A stretch of 64,000 bases of DNA from Lama glama (Eukaryota), in contig CM052816.1 of assembly GCA_028534125.1 (NCBI GenBank), positions 16,804,001 through 16,868,000 on the forward strand, given 5' to 3'. The translations under genes and the position numbers were made by a program. Position 1 is the stretch's first letter; every line of letters starts with the position of its first letter. Shown here piece by piece: positions 1 to 17,479 of the stretch. Below the pieces are notes generated by a model that was given only the letters and a program-made list of their open reading frames with translations, was not told the origin of the DNA and searched no databases.

Positions 1-1178
1 TGCTGGACAAAACAACCAGTGTATAGTGATCACTGGTGGACATATTACACATCCTTGAAATAAAGAGAATTCAAAGAAAATAAGATAGAGGCGTTTAAAA
101 TTATGCACACACATAAGACAAACTTATATAAAGCACCTGAGTGCCTGAAAAACTCAACAGTGGCTCAATGTTTCAAAAACAGACCTCCTGTTCTAAGAGG
201 AGAGTTAGGATGAAGAGGCGCTTAGAGGGCCTCACACATAAACATTATGTATTCTTTTGTACCACCTTATTCTTATTTAAAGTTCTCTAAACTGTACACT
301 GATCCACAATAACACATTCTACTTACTTTGATAAACAGAGCATATGATATCACAGTATTATTCAGATTTTTATTTAATTTTTGGAATTATAGGAAAAAAA
401 GTAAGGATAATCATTAAAAGCCATTAACTCCCACTTCAATTAGGGCTGAAGTTCTATGTCTGAATACAGGTTAAGAATAAATAATGTTGGATTGTACATA
501 AGAAACATGGTACCATCCTGGACCTGACTATTATTATTACATTATCTAGAAACAAAGTAGAGAGGTATTTTAAAGCTAACCTGAGACAAAAAGAAAAGGT
601 TGGAGGAGGACTTTTTTAAAAAAAAAAAAGGCAGATATGCTTTCACTCTTCTGGGAAATTTATCATATTATTCCAAATCAAAGGAAAGAAGTATTTTAGA
701 TATATTTAGCCCACCTTTCCCCCAAATAAGGATTAAGATTAAGGGATTTAAAAAAAAACACACAAAAACAAGGCAGATATGTTTTCACTCCTCTTGCAAG
801 TTCTTAACAGCTGAGATTGCTAAGGTACACATTTAAAATAAATCAGTGATACTAAAAGCATCATTTAATTCTACCATACAGCAAGAATGGCTTATTCAAT
901 AAAATTAGTGCTGCCACAAATAGTTACTACTCAGTAGGAAAAGTTAGATCCTTCACCACACACAGCATTTATAAAAGTATTCCAGATGGATCAGAGATCT
1001 AAAGTTAAAAAAAAAAATTAGACAGAAAATTTGAAGAATATTTGTATAGGCTCAAGGTCTTTTCCCAAGCAAGTAAACCCAGAACCAATTAAGAATAGTT
1101 TAAGGGATCTGATGATATAAACATTTTGTTTTTCTGTGTAGCAAAGCACCCAAATACAAAGTTAAAAGACAAACAAGA

Positions 1179-1290
1179 GGGGGAAGGGTATAGCTCAGTT
1201 GTAGAGCACACGCCTAGCATGCACGAGGTCCTGAAGTCAATCCCCAGTACCTCCTCTAAAAATAAGTAAACCTAATTACCCCCCACAAAA
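1179..1290 (+). mobile_element. tRNA-derived SINE (Vic-1-like)
   Basis: gggtatagctcagttgtagagcac...gcatgcacgaggtcctgaagtcaatccccagtacctcc with A/B boxes and shared acctaattacc tail. Confidence 0.8.
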
Positions 1291-1439
1291 CTTAAATAAT
1301 ACAGTAACAAATTAAAATATTTTAAAAAGGACAAATTACAGAAAATACACACTTGACAGGTAAAGGGGTTAATATGCCTAACTGCACAGAACTTGTACAG
1401 AGTAAGAGAGCTCCTGCTTTTTTCAAATAGGCAAAAGAT

Positions 1440-1990
1440 TGGCATAAATAACCCATAAAAAAATAAAAGGCCAATAAACAGAAAAAGATTAGTAGTCATG
1501 GAAATGCTAGATAGTATTTTTTACCCATCAGATCGCCAAAAATGACAAAGACTGACGACACCAGTGACAGCAAGGGTAAAGGGAAACAAGCACCACCTGC
1601 ATACACTGCTGGTAGGAGTATGAAATACTATAATCTCATAAGAAAATAACCTGGCATTACCTAATAAAATAATACATACATGTACTTCCTTAACCCAACA
1701 ATCCCGCTCCTAGATGGCTAAACTACAGAAATGAAACCATGATTACAAAGATACAAGTACAAGTATATTAGCTGCAGCATTTGTTGTAAGTGCCAAAAAT
1801 TTTTAAATAACTTGAATGCCCATCATAAGGGGAAACGACTTAATAAATTATGGTACATCCATGCTATGGAATATAATATAGTTACCTAAAAAGATGAGTA
1901 AGATCTTTAGGTATTGATGCCCATGGTCGAATGTTAAACAGAAAACAGAAAAACAGAGCAGGTTGCAGATACTGTGCAGTATGATACTAC
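1440..1990 (+). mobile_element. Old L1 3' fragment
   Basis: Degenerate ORF2-end motifs (tacactgctggtaggagt, aacttgaatgcccatc, aaattatggtacatccatgctatggaata). Confidence 0.65.
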
Positions 1991-4379
1991 TTGCTAAAAA
2001 AAAAGAAAACTTTTGTATACATGTTTTTACACTTTTTTGTACCAGTATTAAGAAAGATGCATAAAGCTTTCTTTGGCAAGTGGAAGCTGGCGAAGGATGG
2101 AGATTGTTGGCTTTCCTGTGTCAAAATTTTTTTTGACATTCTGCAAAATTTAAGTTTTGCTTTTAAAACAACAAAAAAGAAAATCCACGGGTTTTTTTGG
2201 TTTGTGTGTTTATCTACCGTATCTACAAATGTAACAGTCCTAAGGTCTCTGCCACTTACACAGACCAATAATGATTCAAAAACACAAAGAGGACACTGAA
2301 TTAGAAAAGAATTAGAGATAAAGACATAAAAATCCATTAAATTTATTCCGCAATGAGACTTAAAAAAAATAAAAAAACCCGAAACTGGCCTGTTTTGAAA
2401 CACAAATAAAGCTACTAATCCATGGGGGGGGGCAGGGGCTGCTTTTCTACATAATCTAAAAATCTCAATAGTTACTTGTCAGCATAGGTTTGGTGAGGAA
2501 GATGTTCACCTATCAAACCCTTATCAACAAAACTCTGTATCAACAGGCTCCTCCTAAGTTTTCTTATTTCATATTTCATCTTAAGGTAGCACATGGCTTT
2601 TGGTATTTTTTAAGGGTTCATTAATGGATCAGGACTACATTTTGAAAGATTTCTGGATCAAAAAGTATTTACAAAGAGGATATTAATGGAATCTAAAATT
2701 GTGAAATGTTTTTAAACACTTCAAAAACTCATTCATTCAACCCTCAATTACTCATCCTTAACAGGGGGCGCCCTGCTATGCCTTACTCAAAATCAAGCAT
2801 GCCTGAAAACATCTTAAACTTAAGTGAATGAAAATCTGCCCAATCACAAGCCAGCTGCTTGCAAACTCCACCCTTGAGTACAGGAAGAGCACTTTTGATT
2901 GGAAGACGGTTGTGTTTACCACCGTGTGTGGTGCAAATTGGAAAGGCCCACATGCCTAGGGTTCAAAGGAAATCTCTTAAATGAAAAAGGAAAACAATGG
3001 CCAGTTCTGATCCTATACTAGTTACAGTCATTAAAAGAACCTCATCATCGCAATAGCAATTCTTGAGCAATTCTGCAAGCTGGTAAAAAAATTTTTAAAG
3101 CTCTGAGTTTTGTTGTGGCTGTTTTCTCATCTATGTCCCTTGATTATATGTACAAGACAAGCATAAGTGTATTCTTAAAACCCAGAACTGCCTTTGCTTC
3201 TAGATGCATACAGCTCCATGCAAGACCTCAACACAGTTAGAACGTACACTTAGTCTTCCAAGAATCACTGCAACTTTTTACTTGGTTTGAGAAAACAATT
3301 CCATGGGCCCAGTGGTAAAATTATTCAGTACTTAGCTTAATAGGTGTCCAGCAACTCACTGAGCTTCAGAAACCTCGGCCCTTAGGGAGCCCAGCAAACA
3401 ACAAAGTGAATGAGTAGCTATTTCAGGTGCAGAGCTCATTAGCGATTCATCTGATGCAGGAAACAACTAGAATGTAAAATTCCGACTGAAAAGCTAGGAC
3501 TACGCCTTCGGTCAAAATATGCATATAATGGTGGATCTTAAGAATGTTCTGCATTCAAGGGGCTAGAGTAAATTACTGGATCTCAGAAGGAGAACTCTCC
3601 CCCAAGCCAATCTAAAAGCAATCTTCCAAAGAAAGCGCAAAAGAATTTAAATTCAAGTCCCCTTTCTTAATCATCAACCTCACTCCATTATATTCCTGGT
3701 ATCTTTTTCACAAATTCCCCCCATTGAAGCCTCATAAATGTCCAAGCAGCCTTTTCTTATACAGCATAAAGATCAAAGCAAAGTAAATGAACTCTAGTAG
3801 CAGAAGCATAAGCCAGCCACAAGCTAAACAACCCATAAAGCTTACATATCAGAATAATAAGCCTAACACCAATGATCAAAAAGTAGACAAGTGAGTGTCA
3901 GAAACCTGCATTTTTAATATCAAATCTTACAAAATACGTTCCCATTTACAGCGAATACAGTATCTGCAGAAGCAAATTCATCAAAAAAAAAAAAAGTTCC
4001 TTCTGCCTACGGATCTATCACATTCCAAAAGAATCCCATTTTTCATAGCCTTATCTCAACAGAGAAACTAGGGCCGCTATCAGAATGAGGAACTTAGGAG
4101 GCTTGCCGAAGCTCAAAGGCAATATTTTGCCGCCACATTAACAAAAACAACACATCATGGTCCTGGGTGCTAGTTAAGTTCTATTACTGAACAACTTTAA
4201 TCACAAAACACACCAATGCAAGTATTCAAAAGCGGCCAAGCCTCAACACAAAGTTTCAAAACAAAACCTCTTCGAAGGCTTGGGGGAGTAGCCCAGGTAG
4301 AAGCAAAAAAGCACCACCCAACAGCCCCATTTAGCTGCTAAGATAGATCTCAAACTTATCAAAAACAGCCACAACGGCA

Positions 4380-5617
<1,238 letters not shown>

Positions 5618-8261
5618 TCAGTTTATCCACCTCGGACACCAAAGACTTTTACTGGGGTGGGGGGCTGAGGCACAAGGTACCTAGAGAGTTGATGTTTTGA
5701 GCTAAGAAGTTAGCACTCCAATACCCTATTGATTTCCTAGCCTGAATATATGCACTACACTTCCTGTCATCCTTTAGGAAACTTTCTTCCCATTGGTCCA
5801 TGGGACACAATAGTTTTCTTCTCACTGGCCCATAACATGATACCATACCATTCTATACTGCCAGTACTTCATAGGTTCCTTTCCAACTGGCCAATGTGTT
5901 ACATCCATTGTATGCAATAATGTCACTCCATTGGCTGAAGGCCAACGTGCTTCCAACATCTCGGTATTTTGACATAACCCCATGGAGCTTCTTCCCCTTC
6001 CAAGTCAGCCAATGTTATTAAGTAAGTCCAGGTGTTTCTCAATTCAACTTTTAGGGGAATTGGAAAGAGACCAGAAGAGATTCTTTTCTCTGGTTCAGTA
6101 GTATCTCATCTTACCATGGAAGTAATGGGGCTTGGTGCAAAGAAAACCCCACCACTCCTATCTGAATTCACAAGCATGGGAGATTGATACTCCTATTAGA
6201 AAGGAGCTGCAAAGAAGGAGAGATACTGAATAATTTTTTGCCAAGGTTTTTATTCACACTAGGCCATGGGAAACCTGTCATTAACGTTGGTCACGTTAGA
6301 GACAAGCACAAGTTCCATGGTCTTCTGGATGCAGAGTACATGAGGAAGCAGATAAAAACCAGGAAAAGGTCTAATATTAATCCACTGCTATCCTAAAATT
6401 GCCCATTTCTTTCACCTATCTGACCTACAGATAGTTAAGAGTAGTAGTTAGTTCTTTCTTCAAGACCTATAAGCCTACCCAGAAATCTATCCATAACCTT
6501 CTTTACTGTTGATCTACTTGTCTTGTAGCAAAGGTTGGGGATGAGAGTCCATTGTTGACTTTAGTAAAAGTACAACATCTAGTCATTCTAGAACTAACTC
6601 TGTGGAGCACCAAGGAAATATTTCCCTGGATTTTTTCTCTCCCTATTCCTTAGAACTTCCATTTTCCATAGCCGACGTGAGGCCTGACTCAGTGTTTTTT
6701 TGGGCACAAGGTCTGTAAGTTGTAGTTGGTAGGAGGGGAACAAGGGTAAATCCATACAGAACCTAGCTGCCTTGCAGCTTTTCTACCAAAATTCACTGCT
6801 GGGATTTTCTCCCATATGGGTTCTAATTACTGCCCCAGCAACCGAAGCTGGCTTCTCACAGCACCAGAGACAGAAATGTGCCTAAGCTCAAGGATGGGAA
6901 GGCAAACATGAGAAATTCATTCAACAAATATGGCAGGTACTTTTCATATGCTGGTAAAGTTTCAAAGTGTTGGTGACACAACAGTGATTAAAACAAAACC
7001 TTTGCCCTCATGGAGTTTATATTCTTTCCTATGCTTCAGGAATGGAAAATGAAATCACACTTGCCTTCACAGAAAATAAACAGAAAAACCCAACAAAAAA
7101 ATTGAACAGAAAGGAAAAAAAGGGGGGAGGGAGTAACTTTAGATGCTCAGATTTTACCCCTGCTCAAACAGGTGAAGTGAAACAGCAGTTTCAAAAAACG
7201 AACCTCTAATTCTGAGCTGCTTTAACCACGTGCTGTTGGCCCACCCCCTCAAAGCCCTGTCTTTGTTTCCAAGGGAGGCTGACAACTCCCACTCCTTTTA
7301 GAGTATAGTTTCATCCCTTTAAAGGTTCCTGCTCCAGGTAGTCAAGCCAATCCTGTCCTCTTGCACACTTCATTGGTATTCAACAATGAGTGCCACCAAT
7401 TTGAAGCAGGAAACTGGGACGGAGGCTGAGCAACTTGACTCTTCTTGCCGCCTGACAAGTCAGCACAACTGGTAAAGAAAGGCTATGGCTTAGGGACAGA
7501 GGCTCCTGCCTCGCTCTCTAAGCAACTACACTTCACCCACACACATTGGGAGAATGCTAACATAGGGAGAAGAAAGGGTGGAATAGAAAGGTCTAAAGAG
7601 AGAGTGAGCCACACAGCTTCTTTCAGCAGACGAACATTCCAAATTGAAGCATTAGGAAAAATACCACCTTTTAGAGTAAAAGAAAAGCTCTGCTGCTAGG
7701 ATAACTTTCCAAAATCAGTTATTTTCAGAATGGAGAAACTGCTCAAGTCTTTGGAATCTGAATTCTGACGACTGTATCTCCCATCTCTCCAGGACACAAC
7801 ATGTGAAAACTCTTAGAAGAAATTCCTGGTCAAGTCTCCTATCCTGCCTTCTCCCCAAAGCCTACAACCCAATCTAGACAAGTTTCTTAGTGCACCATCA
7901 AGCATTTCTCAGGGAGCAAGAATGTATTAAAACTTGACTTCAGCCTGCTGGAAGTGAGAGTGACAGGAGGGAAGAAGAGATGCCTATAAGTACCAAGGAA
8001 ACCAGAGACCAAATCAGACTGCCAGAAATAACCAAGGCCTTAACAGATGCCTGGGCCATAGGATGTAACTGCTGTGGCCACAAAAGCCCAGGGACCAAAT
8101 ACTACTCTCAAAGGGCAAAGGCCCAGCCACATTATAGAGGAAGAGGCTGGAAGAGTTAGGTGGCCTTCTCCCCGCTTCCTCCTTGCCTTTCTTTGTGGAG
8201 AAAGGAAGAAGACACTGTAGTACACAAGGCTGCTTGGGAAAATGGATTATTCTAATAAAAC

Positions 8262-8267
8262 TTTATT
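8262..8267 (-). terminator. FAM53C: Candidate FAM53C polyadenylation signal (AATAAA), implying a ~2.7 kb 3' UTR
   Basis: tttatt on plus strand at the distal end of a repeat-poor stretch downstream of the stop; alternative tttatt at 8764-8769. Confidence 0.6.
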
Positions 8268-10979
8268 TTTTCAAACACAGCCACAGAGGCAGAACCTCAT
8301 GTTTAACACACACAGACTTAATGGATTTTTTTTAATATAAAACAAAGTTTACGAAAAAAATTTTTTCCACTTCTTGTATTTGTAATCCCATTAGCACAGG
8401 GACTTTGGCAGCAGGTGGGAGTGAAGGGCAGCTGGAGCTGCCACTGGGCAGTCACCGGGCACAGGAGGAGAGCACCAGCCTGGGAGTGGCTTCACTCACA
8501 CACGCAGGAATACTCACCTACTGATCAGCCACACCACACACACAACACAAATGCAGATGTCTACCCAGTGTTAACCACAGCCCTGTAGAGTGTGTTCCAC
8601 TCTGGATAAGCCCAATATGTGAAAATCCAAATAGTCAAAACAGCTAAAGTAGAGGGAGGTTGCTTGCTTTACAAAAGAAGCAATCACAGGCTGCTTTTAA
8701 ATGGTCAGCAGTCCAAATGTGTTGAAAAATAGCATTTGGTTTACACAGAACTGTTGGAACAGATTTATTGTGTAAAGCGAAATGAACCACTTCTCATAAA
8801 GGCTTGTCCCAGGGCCACAGGCGCTTAGACTGGGAAGCTCCAGCTAGTTTAACTTCCCAGATCTTAAAGTAATGGAATTCAGATATGGAATCTATAGACC
8901 TTCTCCCCTAAGGGTGGTGCCCTATAGCTTTAGGGAAGCCAGGGTGGAGGCAGAATTATTGCCCTCACATCTTCAGCTTAGGGCTTGCAGAGACCCCACT
9001 GGCATTCCAGTGGCCTACTGGAAGCTGGCACAGCCAATCTGTAACCGAGAGCCCAGGGATGAGGATGCCCCAGGAGGAAAAGAAGCTGTCACTAGGGAAA
9101 TTATGGCCTAATGAGGGAGAAGAGCCAGGGGGAGGGAATAAAACCAAGGATGGGCAACTCCTGGGCTCACAGTTTCCCTGGATTCTCCAGAGAGCCTCTC
9201 AGGCCCCTACAGACCTGGCAGCTCACTGATATGTGGTAACTCGCAGGAGAAAGGAAGGAGTCCTGGAAGGGTAGAACCTCTGAGGGCTGGAGACTGGAGA
9301 AGAAACAACCACCTCCTCCCAAGGAGAGGTGAGGAGGCTGGAGCCTCACTGATGCTCCTATCCGACATGTGGGAGACCTAGAAAATGACAGGTTCAATTC
9401 CATGAGGAAGAAAACACACAGACTTTTGTTTTCTTCCCTAACATGAGCAACTGGTTCCTACGGCACCCTGGAAAAATGCCCTTCTTCCAATAAACAGGAA
9501 GGGCAGGTCCAATTTGGTCTTGCAGGGTCTAACCGAAGCTGGACAAAGCCTCACAAACTATTCTGGCGGCAGCTTCAGCAGGCCTCTCGGCTGGAGCCAG
9601 CCCTGCCGGGGCTCCTGCAGTCCTTACACCTATCACTATGGCCACCAGGACCTGCTGTCCTGACTCAACTTGTGGGTGTAAAACAAAAAAGGAAACTTAA
9701 TCCAACAACAAAAAACTTTCAGCTGCTTCTCACAGCCTTTGCTTTACATATCCTCAGCCAGTCCCTCAGTGAGCCTCAACCTCCCTGAGGTCTCTAAGGG
9801 CTAATTAGAGGCAAATAAACATTTCCTGGCAGGAGTGGAAGACAAGCAAACTGGTAAATGCTGACATCCCCTTCCTCCTTCTCAAGCAGGTCAGAAAAGA
9901 GGTCGGGCTTGGATCTTATAACAGGTTTCTCCACAGTCTGCTTCCAAAGGGTAGTGCTGGGGTGAGCTCACCCATGCCTGCTGGTGACTGAACACCACTT
10001 CTGCTGCAGGTCAGCCTCCATACAGGGCCATCCTTCCTTGTTCTGGATCCTCAAAGGTTAGAGGGTGAGGGGGAAAAGGTCCCATCAGCAGAGAGAGATG
10101 GAGCCCTTCAGTGCTGCCTGTTGCCCACATGTGCTTGCATCCACTTAGAGAGTAAGAGAGGCAGGTTGTATACAGCCTAGGCAATCTGATGGGCAAAAAA
10201 GGCCAGCTCAGAATCAATGTGGAGAGCACTCTCCAGCCAGTACTAGATCTATGTAGGGGAGGGTGTGGGCCTGAGGAAAAGACTATTAGCTGAGGTCACA
10301 GCACTTAAAAGACCCTGCTGTACCCCAGAACAGAATCCTTTGCAAAGCCATCAATGCTAATGGATTACAAGCCTGGTTCCAGAGCTACGTAGAAAAAAAG
10401 AAAAACTTGGTGCCTTGCCCTTGACGTCTTGAACAAGCCCCCTGTCCTTTGAAAACTCAAGATCCTGGGGGTTCCATGATGCTTGGCTGTTAAGGAGCAA
10501 CTGCCTTCCTTCCCTAAGGCTACCCAAACAGACCTTTCCTCAAGTACACTCTCATGCACGCACACACTCTCACACAATTTCTCCGGGGAGGCTGAATTAA
10601 CCCCCCACCCTGGCCAAATTCTAAGACACAAGTGCCCTTTGAAGCAAAGGGGCTAGTGAAATTCCCCGAGCTGGGGTCAGCAGACCCCCTCCTTCCCTGC
10701 CCATTGCTTTCTCAGTGGCAGGGATACTCACACTCAGGGCCGCCATGGGAAGGGTCTGCTCTGGGGCTGTCCCTCCCGCCATCAGCTCCGTTTATCTTGT
10801 CCCGGCCAGTCTCTCGGCATGGTCGAGCTTCCTGGAGCGAGAAGATTTCCGGCTGCCCTGAGTCGGAGCCCTCCACTCACCCCTATTCCCAGGCTAGGCC
10901 CCCGGCCTTGGGGCCTCGACACTTGTTAGTAGCCATAAGAGAGTCAGTCTGTGTGGCCCCAGGAAGTAGCCTCTCAGTT

Positions 10980-11240
<261 letters not shown>

Positions 11241-12131
11241 TCAAACAAACAAAGAAAATTAAGGCAAAGAAAGATGCTAACTTCCCAAAGAACCCTGGCC
11301 CAAGCTGTATTTCAAAGTGTCCTTTGTGGTTACCCTTGAAGGCAGGAGTTCTCAGCTTTAGAGTAAGGTTGTGGACTTCCTGATAAAATTTGGAAACTTT
11401 ACTGTACATGTACATTTTGAGGAAATAGCCCATAGTTTCTATGAGATTCAAGACTAGAAGCTCATATATAAACTTCACATGGGCAGGAATACTGTCTAGT
11501 GTTTCACTACTGTATTGCTAGTGCCTAGTCTGAGCCTGCTGCGCAGTAGGTATTCAGTAATGTTTGCTGACTGGTTGAATGAATGACTCTATCAGTAAGT
11601 GAGTGAGTTCTCAAAGAGGTTTGTGACCCAATGGTCTAGAAGGCAGAATAAGAAAAAAGTGGGCAACTGCATATAACAACTGCACTCACAATGGGAAGTC
11701 AAAAAACATTTGTTGAGCAGATGAATGATGCAACAGCTTATTTTGCTTAAGCCCTCACAGACCCACTTGAAGCAGCGAAGGGCAAGTGGCAAAATCAGCT
11801 CTGAGCATGAGGAGGGGTGGGGCACAGATGATGGGGTTTCTGTGGTTCATGTATTCTCAGAGAGGAGGGAAAGTGCCTCTAGCAGGACAATCTAGGATCT
11901 CTATTGGAAGGTTTAACATGGGTCTCACCCTAAGTTTCTCTGAAACCCCCAGGACTGAGGAATTTCATAGGACACAGAATTTCAGTGCTAAAACCAGGAT
12001 AGTTCTAGGCAAATTGGGATGGTAGAATACCTTAGCAAAAGCTCAGACAGAAAGGAGCTCTAGGGGAGACCCTGCCAGGAGGGAATGGAGCTAGAGGACA
12101 GCATAAAGGTGAAAAGAGGAGTGTCCCCCTA

Positions 12132-13210
<1,079 letters not shown>

Positions 13211-13895
13211 ACTGTAAGGAACCACTTGAAATTGAAAATATAGTCTCATATACTGCCTGCTACTCCCCCTCAAAGGTGGAATGAGTCAAGAGAAACAAAA
13301 GCCTGTGTGTGCCATGCTCATTCCTCACTCCACTCCACCAAGCTCTACTTTGCTCCTCCACCCACCAGCCCCGAGTTGGGAAAAGAAGGCTTATGCTTTC
13401 CTTCTTTTGCCTTTTCCCTTCCTATGTGTCAACAAGACTAACACAGGAGTTAGGTGACCAAGCAGGTAAGAGATCATTTGTATTCCTAGGGAGAGCAAAT
13501 ACAGTGGGGAAGGCCTTTCTTTGATGGTAGAACTCATGCTTGGGAAAACCCTAAAACTGCTCATGTTCCTTTGGGTCTGGCCACCCACAAGGAAATGCTC
13601 AATGTAACATACTGATATATATTATAGTTAGTTTAAAAAAAAAGTGTCAAATAACATATATAGAATGAAACCTTTTGTGTTAAAAGAATGGGTATAAAAA
13701 ATTTACATTTATATTTGGTTCTATTTGTATAAAGAAACTCTTGTTGGATAGATAGGAAACTAATAAAAGGAGTTACTTTTAGGGAGCTCGGTGGATAGGA
13801 GATAGGAGAGGAAGGGAGGCTTTTCTCAGTATAAACTTTTTGCTATTTAAAAAATTTTGAAACATGTGACTATATCACCTATTCAAAAATTAGAT

Positions 13896-14046
13896 CGGGG
13901 AGAGTACAGCTCAGTGGTTAGAGTACACACTTAGCATGCAAGAGGTCCTGGGTTCAATCCCCAGAACCTCCATCAAAATAACTAACTAAATAAATAAACC
14001 TAATTACCTCCTCCACCCCCCCAAAACCAAACCAAACCAAAACAAA
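13896..14046 (+). mobile_element. tRNA-derived SINE (Vic-1-like)
   Basis: Same head and tail as the other copies; perfect TSD caaaaattagat at 13884-13895 and 14047-14058. Confidence 0.88.
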
Positions 14047-14267
14047 CAAAAATTAGATTATTAAAGTCCCCACAAGGCTAGACTAAGAGCAAACTAAACA
14101 GAGAACTTCTATGCTAGTGCAGTAGAATGGAGACAAGTGTCAGTCTCAGGTGACCCTGGCAATAAAGTTGCGGAGGCAGGCTACCTAACCTGGTTACTGG
14201 AAACCAGTAAAAGAAATGCGTGGATGGAGGCATGGGCATACACACAAATATACACACAATGTCTTAC

Positions 14268-14325
14268 CAGACACAAGCTGGAAAGGGTTCCCACAGTTGG
14301 AGATGTCTGCATGATCAGGCAAAGG
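14268..14325 (-). CDS. FAM53C: FAM53C 58-nt coding exon
   Basis: cttacttag|CCTTTGCCTGATCATGCAGAC...GTGTCTG|gtaag = PLPDHADISNCGNPFQLVS. Confidence 0.93.
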
Positions 14326-14507
14326 CTAAGTAAGAGAGAGAGAACATCCACTATGATTCTGGATTAGGACACAGACCTCCAGAAAGCCCTCTTTAGCTCA
14401 CCCCTGCATCTCATGGGCTACAGGGATGTTAGGGATTCCTAAGTGTTCTCTTTTGCTTGTCTTCTCAAAGTTAGTGAGTAAAATAATCCACACCTTCCAA
14501 TATCTCA

Positions 14508-14870
<363 letters not shown>

Positions 14871-17479
14871 TCACTCGTGAGCCGTCTTCTGCCACTGCAG
14901 CACCATTCTAGCACCATTGGGACTTCCCTCTCCAGTCATGCCTGCTGAGTCTGCCAATTACAGGGGGACCAACCCCAAGTGATATTAGAGATGTACCTAG
15001 TCCAGAGATGGAAAATGCATGGCACACATACCACAGCATCCCCATGTCAGGCCTCTGGCAGACATCATTAATTGATCACAGCTCTTTCCTGGTAAGCCTA
15101 AACATAACCTCAGAAACATTCTGAACTTTACTGGATAACTAGTAAAATGAAATGGTGTTGGCAAACAAGTTGAAACCTATTTGCCGCTCCTAACCTGGTT
15201 CATACTCTGCTCTGTCTAACCAGAATACTAGTACCACTTAGAAAACAGCTCAAATGAGGGAAAGGAATGCCCAAATTGTCATTTCTATCCTGGTTAGTTC
15301 AATATTTACCTTCCAGTCAGAAGCAAAAAGAGGTACCCTTTTCCTAAACTACAGAAATAGTAATAAAGAACAGAGAGGAACAGTGGTCATAAGAATGACT
15401 TTCTGCTTCAAACCAGAGTAAACAAGGTATTATGTTCCCCTTTAGCCTAAACAGCTGATATGTTATTGTTCTCCAATAGATACTGTACATATTCTCCTAT
15501 AAAATGATAAGAGGATAAAGAAATAGTACCAGGATAATTCCCTACTACATTCAACTACAGATGTTAAAAACAACTCTGACTTTGTTCAACCAAGTTTTTA
15601 GCCTGATCTGACTCAAAGACCAGGGATACAATTAATCAAAACTCTTTCTCATAGTCTCCAGTAGAAGCAAACTAATTATATCAAGGAGGCAGCTTCAAAC
15701 CCACATAATTGCCTGAAAGGTCTTGTTCAAGGGAGAAGGGGAGGTAAATCTAACATTTCCATACTGTTCTGCTTGTTCCCAGAAATGACCAGCAGGCAGA
15801 CAGCTCACCAGAAGGTTTTTTGCTTTTGCTAGCAGAGAGAACAAACTATCAAGAATCAAATCTGGATCTGCTGTGATGGTCTTGGCAAATCATTTAAGCT
15901 TAGTCTCAGTTTATCCATACGTAAAATGGGCAGAATAATCTTAATCTGTCACAGGGACAACATAACGCAAAATATCAAAATGTAAAAAGTATACCATCTG
16001 GCCTATACAAATCAGGAGTCCATACAGACTGCCGTTTCTCACCCCTCCTATTTGTTGCTCTGCAAAGCCTCAGAATGCCATAAGTGATACTATAAAGATG
16101 AAGAAGGCAACTGGGTTGATCTATTTGGCTGGATGCCAACCTCCCTCACTGGCATTAGATCAGAGGCCCAAAAGGGCTCTTCTGTGACCTTGAGGGCAGA
16201 TCACTTTTACTTATGCAAAAAAAGAGAATGGTCTCTACCCCATTCCCACCTCAGAGGGAGGCAGGCCAAAAGGAAAAGCAAAGACATACACCTCGATGTA
16301 CTTGGAGTTGGGAAAAAAAGGTGTGGGAGAAGTCAATCATCACTATAGTCAAATAACATTTTCATGCACAATTATTATTACCACACTGAACAAAGTTCCA
16401 GCTTCCTGAGAGCTCCCTTCAGTGGCTTCCCCTATGTTCTTGCGGGGAAAGCTAAAGCTTATAACACTTCTGCTCTTGGTTTCTTAACTCTGCCCTCAAA
16501 GATCAACCAGAGGGAACCTAACTGCAGGCTTTTCCCTCATAGATCCCAGGCCTCAGGCTGACCAGCCATGAGGCGCAGGGAGTGAAGCAAACTCTTTCAA
16601 GCTTTTCATGGGGCATTTGGCCAAACAGCAAACTCCCAGCTCTCTTTGGGATCAAGTGAAGAGAGTGATTTCGTGTTTTTCTGCATTTTAATTGTTGGGA
16701 TGTGGCCACACACGGCGGTAATTGGAACAATGCAACTACCACTAGGCAACTGTTACTCTCAGTCTGAGTTTCCTAAAACAGGCCAGGCTGAGAGGGGGAA
16801 CAGAACGGAAGCCATAAGGAATCAAACCAGGACACAAAAGAAGGCAAACCAGCTCCGCGAGGGGCCTCCTCTTTCTTAGGCAGGCATAGAAAAAAGTATA
16901 AGAAGCCCTCTCTTGCCGCCTTCCTTCCCCCTTCCATTTTGTACATCTGAGAGGCAGAGACAGCCCTGAACGTTCACTAAACAAGTTAAAACTTCTCAGC
17001 TTAACAACTGGCACGGGGCTCAGCCCTATATAAAGCAGCAGGCCGCTAGGCCCTCCCCAAAACACCACCAGGCCCAAACTCTCAATCCAGGCTTTCTCTC
17101 CACCATTATCCCCCTAAAATAAAGGTTAGACCCTCACCCCTGTTGGGTGGCAGTAACCCTTGACATTCGGGTTTAGGGATGCTGAGGTTGTGTTGAAACC
17201 TGGAGAACCTAGGATCAAGTCAGGCCAAGGGGGAGGAGAATCACATATCCCCTGGGGACCTTCCCCCCAGGTCCCAGTCCCACAGCTCTGGGGGATACTG
17301 AAGGAAAACATGAGAGAGGCAGGGAGGTGCACGAACAGGTAAGTGGAGATCTGACCGCTCTTCCTCCATATGGCACTGGAGGGGACAGGGGTGACAAGAG
17401 GGGAGCACCCCTCCCCCCACTCCAATGAAGAAGCAAAAAACTAGGCCCCCCCTCCAATCTTCAACCTCTCCCTCGGTTG

